From Acidobacteriota bacterium (GTDB lineage Bacteria > Acidobacteriota > UBA890 > WLXD01): 64,000 nt of DNA. The DNA lies in the NCBI GenBank assembly GCA_965205505.1, contig CBDBHB010000007.1, forward strand, positions 416,001 through 480,000, given 5' to 3'. Every line of letters starts with the position of its first letter. Position 1 is the stretch's first letter. The position numbers and the translations under genes were made by a program. The notes under the pieces are model-generated. The model saw nothing but the letters and a program-made list of their open reading frames with translations. It was not told where the DNA came from and did no database searches. Below are positions 63,008 through 64,000 of the stretch, in pieces.

Positions 63008-63377
63008 TCTTTGAATGGGCACCGTCAACGGCCAAAAACCCGTACCACCGCAAGGGGCTCGAGAGACATCGGCGCCGCAAGCTGGCGCCGGAGCGCACCG
63101 TGGTGTCTCTGTTGGCTTCAGGGGCAGCATCGAGTACCGCTAAAGTCCTGAGAATAAAAGGGATATAGGCGGCGGTCTTGATAACTCCCGCAGTAATCTC
63201 AATGGCTCAAGTGGTAGGCGGAGAGGGTGTCCGCAGACATAGGGTTTCGTCAGGGTTCGGGAAGTTCCGATAGGATCGTATATCGTATTGATAGTCAGTC
63301 ATTTATGGTTCCTTGATGCTTCAAGGCGTTTCGGGTAGTCTCACTTTCTATGTGGGATATAGAAGGGGGACAAAACG

Positions 63378-64000
63378 ATGCCTCGAAGCGGCAAGAAACT
63401 GTCGGCGGCGTTCGTCAAGACGGTCACGAACCCCGGCAAGTACTACGATCAGAACGGCTTGATCCTACGGGTGCTGCTCAACGGCGGCAAGCAGTGGGTG
63501 CAACGGCTGGTCATTCACGGCAAGCGCCGGGACCTGGGGCTGCGGACCTATCCGCTAGTGTCGCTGGCTGAAGCACGCCAACAGGCATTCGAGAACCGAA
63601 AGCTGGCACGTGCCGGCGGCGATCCGGCGGTGCGCCGTCCCGACATGCCGAGCTTCGCGCAAGCCGCCGAGAAGGTCATCGAGATGCACCGCGCTTCCTG
63701 GAAGGAGGGCGGCAAGAGCGCGGCGCAGTGGGAAGCGTCCCTTCGCGACTACGTGTTGCCCCGCATCGGAGACAAGCGCGTCGACCAGGTGAATACGGCG
63801 GACGTGATGGCCGTGTTGCTGCCGATCTGGTCCGACAAGCCGGAAACCGCACGGCGGGTGCGCCAGCGCATCGGCGCGGTGATGAAGTGGGCTGTTGCTC
63901 AAGGCTTGCGGCAGGACAACCCGGCCGGCGACGCTATCGCCCAGGCACTGCCACGGCACCACAAGGTCAAACAACACATGCGCGCCTTGCCGCATGGTGA
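63378..64000 (+). CDS. P4-like tyrosine integrase with arm-DNA-binding domain (runs off the window; absent from the ORF track)
   Basis: MPRSGKKLSAAFVK..PGKYYDQNGLILRV..GGKQWVQR..GKRRDLGL..YPLVSLAEAR..KPETARRVRQRI..DNPA. Confidence 0.9.
   Translation, partial: MPRSGKKLSAAFVKTVTNPGKYYDQNGLILRVLLNGGKQWVQRLVIHGKRRDLGLRTYPLVSLAEARQQAFENRKLARAGGDPAVRRPDMPSFAQAAEKVIEMHRASWKEGGKSAAQWEASLRDYVLPRIGDKRVDQVNTADVMAVLLPIWSDKPETARRVRQRIGAVMKWAVAQGLRQDNPAGDAIAQALPRHHKVKQHMRALPHG

Larger units (their letters stand above)
60288..63223 (+). repeat. Copy 2 of the 2.94-kb repeat
   Basis: Offset 38545 from copy 1; IS truncated at 60288. Confidence 0.95.

Overview
GC-rich bacterial accessory region that reads as a decaying genomic-island graveyard. 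Intact cargo genes (esterase, SaoD/DsrE, two TonB receptors, DUF4331, Yip1, CsaA, S9 and M24 peptidases, membrane proteins) are interleaved with at least 8 IS copies or remnants (mostly IS3 family, plus IS256 and IS110). There are two tRNA-derived att remnants (Leu-CAG, Arg-TCT), several tyrosine-integrase and terminase/HNH scraps, and many broken defence genes (HsdR, N6-MTase, Mod, DUF499, ApeA-like HEPN, DrmD/DrmMI-like pair, DUF6361, YaaC-like). Top candidates for something new: (1) a Ser/Thr kinase fused to a Zn-binding TGT/beta-protein-like TIM barrel, convergent with a wHTH-PD-(D/E)xK nuclease-like gene, their stops sharing one CTAG once a +1 frameshift is corrected; (2) a DUF2924 + large serine recombinase element whose three right ends expose its att junction, one followed by helically phased GAACAGGGAA repeats; (3) a dispersed non-coding repeat family with conserved hairpins. 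All family assignments are by eye from motifs; no searches were run. Some frameshifts may be sequencing errors.
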